DNA of 64,000 nt from a bacterium (GCA_043771335.1 JAYVHM010000001.1:92901-156900); one strand, 5' to 3'; counted from the stretch's first letter, positions 43,022 through 53,728 are shown. The notes: generated by a model not told the origin, from the sequence alone. Numbers and translations: made by a program.

Positions 43022-43048
43022 AAAACAGCAAGACAAACTTGCTGTTTT
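43022..43048 (-). terminator. Intrinsic terminator
   Basis: aaaacagcaag-acaaa-cttgctgtttt. Confidence 0.75.
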
Positions 43049-43069
43049 TGATTAATAATTACTTAAAAG

Positions 43070-43549
43070 TTAAAAATCATCTGCAAAAGTATTTCTGGTT
43101 ACCATCTGATCTCGAACCAGAAAGCCTTCTATCACTTTGTATATCGTAATCATCTCTATTTTTGACCCCATAAAAAAATCAGAATCCTGCACGGCAAAGT
43201 TCTCATTCGCAAGCAAGGTCCTCATATACGGATCATTTTCAAAATAATCTACTGATATAAAATTAAGTGACCTACCTGACATAGCATCCACTTCTACGCT
43301 CAGAATACTGTCCAAATAAGCACCTAGTATGCTGTGGCCCCTCCACTTTCTCTCAAAGAGAGGCCATTGTTCACCCTCCTCATCTATGCGCCACTGCTTA
43401 TCGTCGATAAATTCTAAGATAATACTTTCACCTTCTTGTGTATGATGCTCTGCTTTTTTAAGTGTCTGAGATCCACTGCCTAATAATATTGAAAAATTAT
43501 TAGCGAGTAACCACTGGACAAAAGTCTGCTGTTTTTCTGATTGATCCAT
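43070..43549 (-). CDS. Hypothetical protein (paralog A)
   Basis: 159 aa; own promoter, SD AAGGAGA and terminator. Confidence 0.7.
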   Translation of the reverse strand: MDQSEKQQTFVQWLLANNFSILLGSGSQTLKKAEHHTQEGESIILEFIDDKQWRIDEEGEQWPLFERKWRGHSILGAYLDSILSVEVDAMSGRSLNFISVDYFENDPYMRTLLANENFAVQDSDFFMGSKIEMITIYKVIEGFLVRDQMVTRNTFADDF

Positions 43550-43631
43550 CCTGTTCTCCTTAAAGTTAATACAAGACTTTTATACTAACATAAAAAGATA
43601 ATTACGGCAATGAGATATTTTACAAAAAAGA

Positions 43632-43656
43632 AAAAGCACATTTCTTTCTGTGCTTT
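43632..43656 (-). terminator. Intrinsic terminator
   Basis: aaaagcaca...tgtgctttt. Confidence 0.65.
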
Positions 43657-43684
43657 TGTTTTTGAGACGAGTCATTAATTACAA

Positions 43685-44269
43685 TTAGTCGTCGAGCTCT
43701 GTTAAGCCTAAATTAAGCTTTCCAGTTGCTTTATTTTTAATAAGATAAAAATAAAGAGTTTCTGATGTGTACGCATACTCATAAGAACAAATAAATAAAT
43801 CTCTACCCTCATCTAATCCTCTGTAGAAATCTTCTGGAGATCTACAACTAGAATATATGCAAAAAACTTGTATCAGGTAATCATCCAGAATAATTCCCAT
43901 ATCCTTTGTGATACCGTCTTTATTTATATCTAGAGACCAGACATGATGATATAGGTATTCTCCAACAAAATTTAAACTACTGCTACCAAAATTATATTTA
44001 ATCTTTCCAGCAGCATCAATATTAAAAGTGTGAGTAGAAAAATCTAACAAGACTTTAATTTTCGATCCATAGTCATTAGCATCTCTAGCTTCCACTCTCC
44101 TGTGTGCAGATTGTATATATTCAATATTTTTTGGCCTTAGACTTGGCACTAAGCTTAGATCGTAAAAATCTCTTGTTCTTAACCACTCCAGAAAGTTTAA
44201 TGGTTTTCTTGCTTCTGTTTTTGGTTCATATCTTGAAAGATCAACAGGTTCATCGTATCTTACTACCAT
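43685..44269 (-). CDS. Hypothetical protein (paralog B)
   Basis: Own promoter, SD AAGGAG 6 nt before ATG of MVVRY, terminator. Confidence 0.7.
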   Translation of the reverse strand: MVVRYDEPVDLSRYEPKTEARKPLNFLEWLRTRDFYDLSLVPSLRPKNIEYIQSAHRRVEARDANDYGSKIKVLLDFSTHTFNIDAAGKIKYNFGSSSLNFVGEYLYHHVWSLDINKDGITKDMGIILDDYLIQVFCIYSSCRSPEDFYRGLDEGRDLFICSYEYAYTSETLYFYLIKNKATGKLNLGLTELDD

Positions 44270-44373
44270 AATCATCTCCTTAAAAGTTTATCGGTCGAGT
44301 AACCACAAATACACTATAACATAAAAATAGGATTATGGCAATGAGGTGATGGTTTAGCTATTTACACACTTAA

Positions 44374-46422
44374 TTACTTCACTATCTTATAATCAATCTG
44401 TTTTAATTCAAGGTCTGCTGAGATTACTTTTAATTTTACTCTATCTCCTATTTTAAACATCTCTCCACTTCTCTCACCTTTTATATAATTACCATTTTCT
44501 ATATAGTTAAAGAAGTCGTCGCCAAGATCACGAAGACGTATCATGCCCTCACATTTACTCTTTTTCTCCTCGACAAAAATACCCCACTTTGATATGCCTG
44601 ACACCACCCCATCAAAAGTCTGACCTAATCTATCCCCCATATATTCTACTTGTTTATATTTTATGCTTCCACGCTCAGCATCGGCCGCATCTTTTTCTCT
44701 GTCGCTTGCTTTTATACACAACGCACTAAGTAATATAGTCTCTTCTTCTTTTGGATTATCTTTTTCTAATATTCTTTGTAATAATCTGTGTGTTAAGACG
44801 TCAGGATATCTTCTAATCGGTGAAGTGAAGTGTGAATAGTATTGAAAAGCGAGTCCGTAGTGACCTAAATTATCGAGACTGTATATTGCTTTTGCCATTG
44901 ACCTGGTGATATGAGATTGAAGCAAATCTTTTTCTGGGCGTCCTGTCATTTTTGTTAGTAAAGCATTTAGATCTTGGGTTGGTATCGCACCGTCAATAAA
45001 GTGCACATGCTCACCTATGCCCTTTATAAATAAGTTTAGGTCATGCATTTTCTCTGGATCTGGCTTATCGTGAATACGATATATACAAATTGGTTTTTTT
45101 ATAGTTTGTGACTTTGTTATGAACTCACTTACTTTTCTATTAGCTAGTAACATATACTCCTCTATTAACTTGTGAGTATCTCCTCTAGTTTTTACATACA
45201 CATCCACCGGATGACCATCCGCATCAAGCTTGAACTTGACCTCCTCTGTCTCAAGTACTAATGCCCCAGCCTCTAACCTAGCTGCGAACATTTTCTTAGC
45301 CATGGCATTTAAGATATTTAATTCTTTTGAATGTAAGCCATTTGTATCCATACTCTCTTGAGCATTTTCATACGTGAATCTCTTTGCACTATTTATCACC
45401 GACTTTCCATACCACTCACTTAAAATATTTGCCTCACTGTCTATCTCAAATACTGCACTCATAACCAATCTGTCCTTTGCCTCTACTAGAGAACACAGAT
45501 CGTTAGATAACTCCTCGGGCAACATCGGCACACATCTGTCCACAAGGTACACAGACGTCTCACGCTCTACAGCCTCAGCATCTAGTGGAGTATTTGGGGT
45601 TACATAGTGCGACACGTCAGCAATGTGCACTCCTATCTCATAGGTGTCATTTTCTTTTCCATTGACTATGTTCTTTTTATCCAAATACTTAAAACTAATA
45701 GCATCATCAAAATCCTGAGCGTCAGCTGGGTCAATAGTAAAAGTTAAAGTATCGCGAAAATCTCTTCTGCCGGCCTTATCTTCTTCTGTTATACCTCTCC
45801 TACTTATTTCTTCGGCTTGTTTTTTACTTTCCGCAAAATGCTCGTCCGAGAATCCGCGCTCTATGGCATAAGCTAGCATCTCAGTATTATTTTTCCCTGG
45901 CACGCCGAGGTCTTTTATAATTTCAGATACAGCATTCATACTGTCTTTGAATTCAAAAATATTTACTGCGACTTTGTGACCTATTATGTCTTCTAATTTC
46001 TCTTGTCTTAACCCTGTCTTAATATCTTTTATATCTTTTTCTAAAACACCTTTTTCTATATTTATGAATATCTTTAGATATGTTTTTTTATCGCTATTCT
46101 CTAGAAAATATTTTTTATTTATATCATTTTCTTTTGTGTCCATTCTGAGTATTCCAGTGTGAGCCTTTTTGGATCTAGAATTAATCTTTATTATTTTACC
46201 ATACATCCCATCTTCATCCGTGCCCACCATCTCTACATCTACTCTATCCCCCTGCATCGCAGTATTAATATAATCATGCTTAACAAAAACACTTTCATGC
46301 TCCAGGTCAGGAACACGCACATATGCGTCTATATCCTTTGTGATACTTACAAAGCCTTGCCACACTTTATTCTCTGTTTTATTTGTTTCTGTTTTATTTT
46401 CTACTATTTTTTCTTCTGACAT
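44374..46422 (-). CDS. rnr: Ribonuclease R
   Basis: TIDPADAQDFDDA, HIADVSHYV, HFTSPIRRYPD, C-terminal S1. Confidence 0.95.
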   Translation of the reverse strand: MSEEKIVENKTETNKTENKVWQGFVSITKDIDAYVRVPDLEHESVFVKHDYINTAMQGDRVDVEMVGTDEDGMYGKIIKINSRSKKAHTGILRMDTKENDINKKYFLENSDKKTYLKIFINIEKGVLEKDIKDIKTGLRQEKLEDIIGHKVAVNIFEFKDSMNAVSEIIKDLGVPGKNNTEMLAYAIERGFSDEHFAESKKQAEEISRRGITEEDKAGRRDFRDTLTFTIDPADAQDFDDAISFKYLDKKNIVNGKENDTYEIGVHIADVSHYVTPNTPLDAEAVERETSVYLVDRCVPMLPEELSNDLCSLVEAKDRLVMSAVFEIDSEANILSEWYGKSVINSAKRFTYENAQESMDTNGLHSKELNILNAMAKKMFAARLEAGALVLETEEVKFKLDADGHPVDVYVKTRGDTHKLIEEYMLLANRKVSEFITKSQTIKKPICIYRIHDKPDPEKMHDLNLFIKGIGEHVHFIDGAIPTQDLNALLTKMTGRPEKDLLQSHITRSMAKAIYSLDNLGHYGLAFQYYSHFTSPIRRYPDVLTHRLLQRILEKDNPKEEETILLSALCIKASDREKDAADAERGSIKYKQVEYMGDRLGQTFDGVVSGISKWGIFVEEKKSKCEGMIRLRDLGDDFFNYIENGNYIKGERSGEMFKIGDRVKLKVISADLELKQIDYKIVK

Positions 46423-46575
46423 ATTTTATATATTATTTTCTTATGAATATTATAACACAAAAAGTAAAGATACTACACCTCTATTTGACTTAGAAAAATA
46501 ATTAGTGTATTATATCTTTGAAGTGAAAAAAGTTGCGTCGCGACACACTCTCCCTCTTTATACTAGGAGAAAAAC

Positions 46576-47484
46576 ATGTTCAAGCGATTAATAGGTGCCA
46601 CTAGTTTATCTTTGATAATATCTTACATATTATCCCTAATACTAATGACGTTGATGTTAAAACCTGTAATAATACCATTACTCATGTGGCTTGGAATGTT
46701 AACAACACACTTACCATTTTTTGAAGTAAAATCTGTTGAGGATTTTATAACAAGTAACGCATCCCTTGTGGGTATACTGGTTGGTGCGGTTGGATTGTAT
46801 ATATTTGCCAACTCTACTTATAGATTTTATAAACTTATCTCACTCAAAAATCATGAGAGAGTTAAAAAATCTGCTGAGGTAAATGTTTTAAAAGCGTTTA
46901 CAATTCCAATCAATTTGATTCTCTGGAATACTCTGTTTTACTTTGGACTAATTGCTGCAGTGAAGCCAGTATTGATTTATGTGGTTTTAATAGTTAACTC
47001 TACGACTGTTTTCATTGCAACTAGCTGGTTTTCTGGAATTGAAGCAGGGGCATTGATATCTGTAAATATGTTTATCTTATTCGCCATTCTTTCTATTTAT
47101 TTTTTCCTTTTCTTGTATACACACGTAAAGATAATTTCCCCATTCTTGGATAAATTAAATCTATTCGTGATGCAAAAAACAACTAAGTATGAGCCTGAAA
47201 ATGACATGAATGCTTTACTTGAAAAAGTTAACAAATACTTTGAAGGGAGACATCTTCAGCATGCATCATTACCAGCCACATATCTTCGTCGTTACGTAAT
47301 GACAGTTATAAGAATACCAGCAAGCCTTGGAAATGATATAGAGCTCACATTAAGCTATTCTTCTTTTGAAGAATTCAAAGATATTTTTGAAGAACAAGTA
47401 AGGAATGAAGCTTCTCTTTTTACAAGACAGTCAACAAAAGAAATGTTATCACAAAATGCAGGAGTAAGGGTAGAGCTCATTTAA
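46576..47484 (+). CDS. Multi-TM hypothetical protein
   Basis: Several TMs with apparent internal repeat (KPVII..YKLIS / KPVLI..VKIIS); TTGACT-17-TATTAT promoter; SD AGGAGA. Confidence 0.7.
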   Translation: MFKRLIGATSLSLIISYILSLILMTLMLKPVIIPLLMWLGMLTTHLPFFEVKSVEDFITSNASLVGILVGAVGLYIFANSTYRFYKLISLKNHERVKKSAEVNVLKAFTIPINLILWNTLFYFGLIAAVKPVLIYVVLIVNSTTVFIATSWFSGIEAGALISVNMFILFAILSIYFFLFLYTHVKIISPFLDKLNLFVMQKTTKYEPENDMNALLEKVNKYFEGRHLQHASLPATYLRRYVMTVIRIPASLGNDIELTLSYSSFEEFKDIFEEQVRNEASLFTRQSTKEMLSQNAGVRVELI

Positions 47485-47489
47485 AAAAT

Positions 47490-47516
47490 AAAGACCATCG
47501 CAAAGTGATGGTCTTT
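47490..47516. terminator. Bidirectional terminator
   Basis: aaagaccatcgc-aaa-gtgatggtcttt between convergent genes. Confidence 0.8.
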
Positions 47517-47532
47517 TTATTTTTGTCTTTTT

Positions 47533-47826
47533 TTAAACCCTAACTTCATTACCTACCACTTTTCCTTCTATGTGATTATCTAAAAAGTTTATCTCGGCTG
47601 ACACTGCCTCATCCCACCCCATACCAGTATCCCTCGCTCTTCTCTTGGCCATATAGTGTATAAAAGTAGGGTATATTAGATTTTTATCCATATTAAATAT
47701 TCTAAAAAGCTCAACCTGATTCTCAACAGGTAGATTAGATATGCCATTAGAAAAAGCACTAATCTCTTGAGGTGTCATATTCATCTCTTCAAAGAGATCG
47801 ATTAATTGCTTTAATATTTTTTTCAT
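47533..47826 (-). CDS. Hypothetical protein (leaderless)
   Basis: 97 aa, TGaTAAGAT 6 nt before ATG. Confidence 0.7.
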   Translation of the reverse strand: MKKILKQLIDLFEEMNMTPQEISAFSNGISNLPVENQVELFRIFNMDKNLIYPTFIHYMAKRRARDTGMGWDEAVSAEINFLDNHIEGKVVGNEVRV

Positions 47827-47886
47827 ATTTATATCTTATCATAAATAAGATTATATGTCAAGTCTATAAAAAGGTTAGAATTGCAC

Positions 47887-48186
47887 CTAATTTCTCCTTA
47901 TAATCCTAGCTTTTCCGCCGTATTCATCAAGCTGTAAAGAGACTTTATCTCCAACTAATATTCTTATCTTGTATACACGCATCTTACCTCCAAGATATGC
48001 TATCTTAACACCATCTTTTGTCTCTACTCTAAAATGAGCATTTGGTAAGGCATCTACTACTCTACCATCAACCTTAACAGCATATTCATCTTCTTCGTCT
48101 TCGGTCACATCTTTCTTAGAAGCTATATTATTTAATTTTTTATTCCTTGAATTATTAGCCCTGTTTATATTCTTATTATTATACAT
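47887..48186 (-). CDS. infA: Translation initiation factor IF-1
   Basis: GRVVDALPNAHFRV, AYLGGKMR, IRILVGDKV. Confidence 0.9.
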   Translation of the reverse strand: MYNNKNINRANNSRNKKLNNIASKKDVTEDEEDEYAVKVDGRVVDALPNAHFRVETKDGVKIAYLGGKMRVYKIRILVGDKVSLQLDEYGGKARIIRRN

Positions 48187-48243
48187 ATTTATATCATTCT
48201 ACTACAAACTTTACAAAAATCCAAATCTCTTATCTTTTTTAAA

Positions 48244-49629
48244 TTAATTATCTTTAATAATTATATCTATTTTGTTTGTATTTTTTGGGAAAGTCTTAGA
48301 CCAAAATGGTGATATTGTTGGAACAGCTTGATTTATTTCTGTAAACTTTGATAAGACAGCGTTAAAATCTGCTTGATTATTTTTCTTATTTGCCAGCTCT
48401 GCCTTTAATGCTTCTTGATCTATGTTCATAACAATAGCCGTCTCTCCTGTTACTTTTATGCTAATCTTTTCTGTTCCCTGATTTAATGTGCTAGTAGCTA
48501 ATTCTAGTTTCAAGTTAGAAACATCTTTTAGTGTTACATTCTGCCCTGTATATTTTGTAAGATATTTATTAGCTAATTCTTTTGCTATAAAATCATCTTT
48601 TAGCAGAATTATCTTTCCGACAGCAAAAACTGTGTATTTATTATCTTTTGTTTTTGAAAGCTCTTCTTCATTATTAGTATAAGATATAAAAGATGGGTCA
48701 TAAATAGGTGAGAAGTTTTTCTTATATATAGAAGATAAATCTTTTTTTATTAATTCTCTTATCTCTGAACGTAATTGCATGTCTGTATTATCTATTTCCT
48801 CTCTAGAAAAAGAATTAGTTTTTCCATTTGCTCCGCCTGACATAGATAATTTTGATTCACCATAAAATGCAGCGTATCTGGCACTACCTTTGAAGCCAGG
48901 AATAGTAAATCTACCGCTTTGTATATTATATTCTGGACCGCTAGCATCCGCTGTTACATTTACTGTTACAGAGCCTGAGCTAGTTAAAGTTTTACCTGGC
49001 ACTGTTACAGATTCTGATATTCTAAATATTTTTCCATTCAAAGATTCAAATCTGGTATTTTTAACTAATTTTTGTGGCTTATCAGAATAGTTATTGTGTA
49101 TAGTAATGCTACCAGATGCTTTTGAGCTAATGCTTTTGGTTATGGATCTCTCTATTGGTTTTGAAACTTCTTTTTTTATTTCTATTATTTGATAGGCTTC
49201 ACTATTCTCTGTATTAGAGAAAACAAAAGTGTCATTAGCTGTTACGTCTTGAACTTTTTGAGCTACTGTAACCGTAGCACTATTAAAAATAAAAGTTAAA
49301 GCAAAAAAAATAAGAGCAGCCCCGGAAAGCAAAGCTATAAATAGACTCATTCTGGTTGAAAGCTTGAACTTTTTAGATGATTTTAAATTTCTATTTCTTA
49401 TACTGTTAAGAGATTCTTTTTTACCTTTTCTGTAAAAGCTAGATACATCATTATCCTCTTGTGTCTCATCATCATCATCATAAGAAGCAGATTCGAAAGC
49501 TTTTACTTTTCTGTTCAAGAGCCTGTTATGATTAATGTTGGCATGCTCAATACCAGAACGTATAATAGGAACACGATTTCCATCAGACTTATATCTTAAA
49601 CTTTGAGAAGACTTTTTTATGTCGTTCAT
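48244..49629 (-). CDS. Single-TM protein with baseplate-J-like extracellular domain
   Basis: TM, then ASGSITIHN, Q.LV.NTRF, VTADASGPEYN, TIPG, MSGG motifs recalled from CPR baseplate J/gp47-like proteins. Confidence 0.6.
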   Translation of the reverse strand: MNDIKKSSQSLRYKSDGNRVPIIRSGIEHANINHNRLLNRKVKAFESASYDDDDETQEDNDVSSFYRKGKKESLNSIRNRNLKSSKKFKLSTRMSLFIALLSGAALIFFALTFIFNSATVTVAQKVQDVTANDTFVFSNTENSEAYQIIEIKKEVSKPIERSITKSISSKASGSITIHNNYSDKPQKLVKNTRFESLNGKIFRISESVTVPGKTLTSSGSVTVNVTADASGPEYNIQSGRFTIPGFKGSARYAAFYGESKLSMSGGANGKTNSFSREEIDNTDMQLRSEIRELIKKDLSSIYKKNFSPIYDPSFISYTNNEEELSKTKDNKYTVFAVGKIILLKDDFIAKELANKYLTKYTGQNVTLKDVSNLKLELATSTLNQGTEKISIKVTGETAIVMNIDQEALKAELANKKNNQADFNAVLSKFTEINQAVPTISPFWSKTFPKNTNKIDIIIKDN

Positions 49630-49963
49630 GATTGTATATATCTGTTTCAATTATAACATATGGTTTTTTATTTTTAATAAAAAACTGTGCATAACTGTAT
49701 CTATTTAAAACACTTTTATACCAAGTGGCATTGTCACTGACTATTAATAAAAACTCATTAGGTATGCGATCTACATAAGAGAGTGACTCTAGACACCAGA
49801 TGATGTAACCCATCCAATCATTTGCAACTTTTTCTCCAAAATTATTTTGAATTATTTTTTCTTCTCCAATATTTGAAACATATTCAAAAAGTCTGGTCCC
49901 ATTATCAATGTAAATAATATTTGTTTTGTCTTTTTGCACTTCTATGCGTAATACTGGCTTCAT
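49589..49963 (-). CDS. Hypothetical protein
   Basis: 124 aa, TGtTATCAT 6 nt before ATG. Confidence 0.6.
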   Translation of the reverse strand: MKPVLRIEVQKDKTNIIYIDNGTRLFEYVSNIGEEKIIQNNFGEKVANDWMGYIIWCLESLSYVDRIPNEFLLIVSDNATWYKSVLNRYSYAQFFIKNKKPYVIIETDIYNHERHKKVFSKFKI

Positions 49964-49986
49964 GTTTATATGATAACATATAAAAT

Positions 49987-50017
49987 AAAAAGACGGCGCC
50001 GTAGGCGCCGTCTTTTT
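49987..50017 (-). terminator. dnaK terminator
   Basis: aaaaagacggcgcc-gta-ggcgccgtcttttt. Confidence 0.85.
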
Positions 50018-50029
50018 GTTAATAATAAT

Positions 50030-51910
50030 TTATTCTGACTTACTCTCAGGGGTTTCTCCTGTAGCACTTTCTGTTGATTCTGTATTTGTTTCCTCAGTCT
50101 TAGTATCATTCTCCTGCTTCATAGCTTCTCCTATTTTCATCATTGATGTATTTAGTTTAGCACTAGCATCGTTAAGCTTTACCATATCATTGCTTTCTTT
50201 TGCTTGTTTTAATTCTGATATGCAACTTAGTATCTCTGCTTTTAATTCGGCTGTTACTTTGTCTCCTGCATCAGTTAATGATTTTTCTGCAGTGTGAACT
50301 AGTTGATCTGCAGTATTTTTAGCGTCTGCAAATTCTTTTTTCTTAGCATCTTCAGTGGCATTCATATCAGCGTCTGCTTGCATCTTAGTTATTTCTTCTT
50401 TTGATAATCCTGAACTCGCCTCTATTCTTATTGTCTGCTCTTTGCCGCTAGTTTTATCTTTTGCTTTTACATTTAATATGCCATTAGCATCTACATCAAA
50501 AGTAACTTCTACTTGTGGCATGCCACGTGGTGCTGGTGGTATACCATCGAGGATAAATCTACCGAGAGACTTATTATCTACTGCCATTGGTCTCTCACCT
50601 TGGACAATATGAATCTCAACACTAGTTTGATTATCAGCAGCCGTTGAAAATGTCTGTGACCTACTTGTTGGTATTGTAGTATTTTTCTCTACGAGCTTAG
50701 TAGCAACGTTCCCCATAGTTTCTATACCAAGTGACAATGGTATAACATCTAATAATAATACATCCTTAACATCACCCTGCAATACCCCGGCCTGCACTGC
50801 AGCTCCGAGAGCTACTACTTCATCAGGGTTCACTGACCTATTTGGTTCTTTACCAAATAAGTTTTTAACAGCCTCAACTATCATTGGCATTCTAGTCTGA
50901 CCACCCACCATAATGATTTCATTTATATCTTCTTTTGATATACCTGAATCTTTTAGTGTCTGCTCAGTGATTTTGATTGACCTATCGACAAATGGTCTGG
51001 CGATATTTTCTAATTGCGCGCGAGTTAGCGTTACATCAAGATTCTTTGGACCCTCAGCACCAACTGAGATGTATGGTAAGAAGATTTTACTCTCTACCTG
51101 GGTAGACAATTCATGCTTTGCTTTTTCTGCTGCTTCGTCTAGTCTTTGCATTGCAAGTGAGTCAGAAGTTAAGTCTATGCCTGTTTCTTTTTTGAATTCT
51201 CCTTTTATATAACTCACAATCTCAAGGTCAATGTCACGACCACCAAGATGTGAATCTCCTCCAGTAGACTTAACCTCAACTACTCCGTCACCCATCTCAA
51301 GTATCGAGATGTCAAATGTTCCTCCTCCAAAGTCATACACAGCTAATTTTGCATGCGCTTTTTCTGTAAATCCATAAGCAAGAGCTGCTGCTGTTGGCTC
51401 ATTGATAATACGCTTAACGTCAAGACCTGCGATAGCACCGGCATCTTTTGTGGCCTGTCTTTGTGCGTCGTTAAAATATGCTGGCACTGTGATTACCGCC
51501 TCAGTTATCTTCTCACCAGTTTTCGCTTCAACGTCAGCTTTTATTTTTTGTAATATCATTGCAGATATTTCTTCTGGACGCATGTCTTTTCCTCCTATAT
51601 TAACCAGCACTCCATTATTTGGTCCGGCTTTTACTCCGTAGGTAACACGCCCTACATCATCACTCACCTCCTTGTCTGTAAATTCATGCCCCATATATCT
51701 CTTCACACCGTATATGGTATCTTTTGGATTCATTACTGCTTGACGCTTTGCTACTGCTCCGACTGTCCTGTCTCCATTTTTAGATACTGAAACTACTGAT
51801 GGAGTAGTTCTTGCACCTTCTAAATTCTCTATAATTTTTGGCACACCGCCCTCCATTATCGCTACCGCTGAGTTAGTTGTCCCCAAGTCTATTCCTATTA
51901 TTTTTGACAT
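50030..51910 (-). CDS. dnaK: Chaperone DnaK
   Basis: [33 protein letters not shown]. Confidence 0.98.
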   Translation of the reverse strand: MSKIIGIDLGTTNSAVAIMEGGVPKIIENLEGARTTPSVVSVSKNGDRTVGAVAKRQAVMNPKDTIYGVKRYMGHEFTDKEVSDDVGRVTYGVKAGPNNGVLVNIGGKDMRPEEISAMILQKIKADVEAKTGEKITEAVITVPAYFNDAQRQATKDAGAIAGLDVKRIINEPTAAALAYGFTEKAHAKLAVYDFGGGTFDISILEMGDGVVEVKSTGGDSHLGGRDIDLEIVSYIKGEFKKETGIDLTSDSLAMQRLDEAAEKAKHELSTQVESKIFLPYISVGAEGPKNLDVTLTRAQLENIARPFVDRSIKITEQTLKDSGISKEDINEIIMVGGQTRMPMIVEAVKNLFGKEPNRSVNPDEVVALGAAVQAGVLQGDVKDVLLLDVIPLSLGIETMGNVATKLVEKNTTIPTSRSQTFSTAADNQTSVEIHIVQGERPMAVDNKSLGRFILDGIPPAPRGMPQVEVTFDVDANGILNVKAKDKTSGKEQTIRIEASSGLSKEEITKMQADADMNATEDAKKKEFADAKNTADQLVHTAEKSLTDAGDKVTAELKAEILSCISELKQAKESNDMVKLNDASAKLNTSMMKIGEAMKQENDTKTEETNTESTESATGETPESKSE

Positions 51911-51952
51911 ATATTTTTTGTTTTTTTATTTTATTTAATAATTTATAATTTT

Positions 51953-52318
51953 TTAATTAAAGTTTTTATGTGGTGGAGCTAACAAGTTACTGTATATTAA
52001 AAAATTAGTATTTTTAAAATTATCTTTAATTCTAGATTTTCTATTTTTTATATTAACTATAGCTAAATTATAAATATTAAATCCAAATAAAGCACGTATA
52101 AAGCTGAAGACTTTTCCAACTTTTTTTATTGTATCTTTATAAAAATTATTTAAATTTTCTTTTACTTCTAGCTTTATCTCATTTATAGAACTTACAAATA
52201 TCTCTCTAGTTTCTTCAAAAATATTAAATACATAATTAACCACAATCAAAAACACTCTAAAAATATCTTCAGAAACTTCTACCAATATTAAATATTTTTT
52301 TTGTATTGTGATTTGCAT
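51953..52318 (-). CDS. Hypothetical protein between grpE and dnaK
   Basis: 121-aa open frame in very AT-rich DNA, ending LLAPPHKNFN. Confidence 0.5.
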   Translation of the reverse strand: MQITIQKKYLILVEVSEDIFRVFLIVVNYVFNIFEETREIFVSSINEIKLEVKENLNNFYKDTIKKVGKVFSFIRALFGFNIYNLAIVNIKNRKSRIKDNFKNTNFLIYSNLLAPPHKNFN

Positions 52319-52425
52319 ATAATTTAAATTACAACTAAGATTACTTACTTTTTTTATCAAATCTTCCTATATTATTTTTATCACAAATGATAATCTTTTG
52401 CAAGGGTAAATTAAATAATTTTATT

Positions 52426-53073
52426 TTAATTTTTGACACTCCACACCTTCACTTTTGCTGGTCTAATAACTTGCCCATTATATCTATAGCCGGACATAAT
52501 TATCTGAGCAATGGTATTTGATTTTATATTTTTTGTTGTCATTTCTTCTTCTGACAATTCTACTAATCCTAACCCTTCGTGTAGCTCTGGATTAAAAACT
52601 TCTCCTTCTGCTCCAAACTTTTCAAAACCTTGCTCAGACAATTTATTTTCAAATGTAGAGAATATATACTCTATGCCCCCACGCCAATTCATATCGACAC
52701 TCTCCCAAGCACTCTTATTGCTCTTAGCAGCATCATAAGTGTCCATAACAACAAGTAGATCCTCTGCGAATCTCTTCACCGCTAGCTTACCCCACTCTGG
52801 CTTCTCTTTGCTTATTTGCAATTCTCTGTTTTTGTAGTCAGCCTGAGAACGCATCCAGCCATCGAGATTATTTTGTTTCTCTGATTCCAAAACTTTTATT
52901 TTCTCTCTTAATTTTTTAACTACATCTTTTTTAGAAAGTTCTTCTCCATCTTCCCCCAAATCTACAAACTCTTCTATCTCATCAACGTCATTAACAGGTC
53001 CGACATTTGGAGTGTCCAGATCTTCTATATTTACTTCTACTACACCGTCTTCATTTAGGTTTTTGTTTTTCAT
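52426..53073 (-). CDS. grpE: Nucleotide exchange factor GrpE
   Basis: RSQADYKN, FNPELHE, GY...VIRPAKVKV. Confidence 0.93.
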   Translation of the reverse strand: MKNKNLNEDGVVEVNIEDLDTPNVGPVNDVDEIEEFVDLGEDGEELSKKDVVKKLREKIKVLESEKQNNLDGWMRSQADYKNRELQISKEKPEWGKLAVKRFAEDLLVVMDTYDAAKSNKSAWESVDMNWRGGIEYIFSTFENKLSEQGFEKFGAEGEVFNPELHEGLGLVELSEEEMTTKNIKSNTIAQIIMSGYRYNGQVIRPAKVKVWSVKN

Positions 53074-53122
53074 ATTTTTAGATTCATCCCTTACTTATTT
53101 ATAACAGAAAATATAGGAAAAA

Positions 53123-53728
53123 TCAAATTATAAGTATCAGCTTTTCCATCTCTTTTTCTGCTTCACATTTTCCATCATGATCCATAGCAATGAGGGTCAT
53201 TATTTTAAATATCAAATCATTCTTAAGGCCATCATTCATTCTACTCACCTTTATTTTATATATTAATGCTCCTGCGATACTCTCGACTGGTTCATTAGCA
53301 TTTACAAGTCTTAGAAACTCGAGCCATGCTTCTTTTTTCTTTCTCATCAAAAATAAATCTCCAAAATAAAATGCACTCTCTTTTACTTTTACTTCTCTAG
53401 CATCAAAAATAGTTTCTTTGTAACCATACTTACATAACTTTTTAAAAGTAGCATCTAATATGTCTGTCTCATCTATTATAAAAATATTCTCACTATCTCT
53501 TATTTCTTCTAAATACTTATAAAGCAAATCTCTGTAATCTTCTACATTCCAATCTTCTAAATATATTTTTGCCTTGCTTCCGAATATATCAACTTCAAAA
53601 TATTGAGGTAGCATTGATAACTCTTCTTTTCTTAAAACTTTTTCGGAAAAATTAGAAAAATTATCTCTAATATATTTATTAGCGTTCTCCCTTTCTTTTA
53701 TTTCTGTCCCAGCTTTTATTATTAACAT
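53123..53728 (-). CDS. Putative DNA polymerase III delta-like protein
   Basis: DIFG motif, F.F.D...RKKKEAW helix; follows polA. Confidence 0.5.
   Translation of the reverse strand: MLIIKAGTEIKERENANKYIRDNFSNFSEKVLRKEELSMLPQYFEVDIFGSKAKIYLEDWNVEDYRDLLYKYLEEIRDSENIFIIDETDILDATFKKLCKYGYKETIFDAREVKVKESAFYFGDLFLMRKKKEAWLEFLRLVNANEPVESIAGALIYKIKVSRMNDGLKNDLIFKIMTLIAMDHDGKCEAEKEMEKLILII

Noticed and set aside
51911-53122. CIRCE operator for grpE/dnaK
   Set aside because: No TTAGCACTC-N9-GAGTGCTAA match seen
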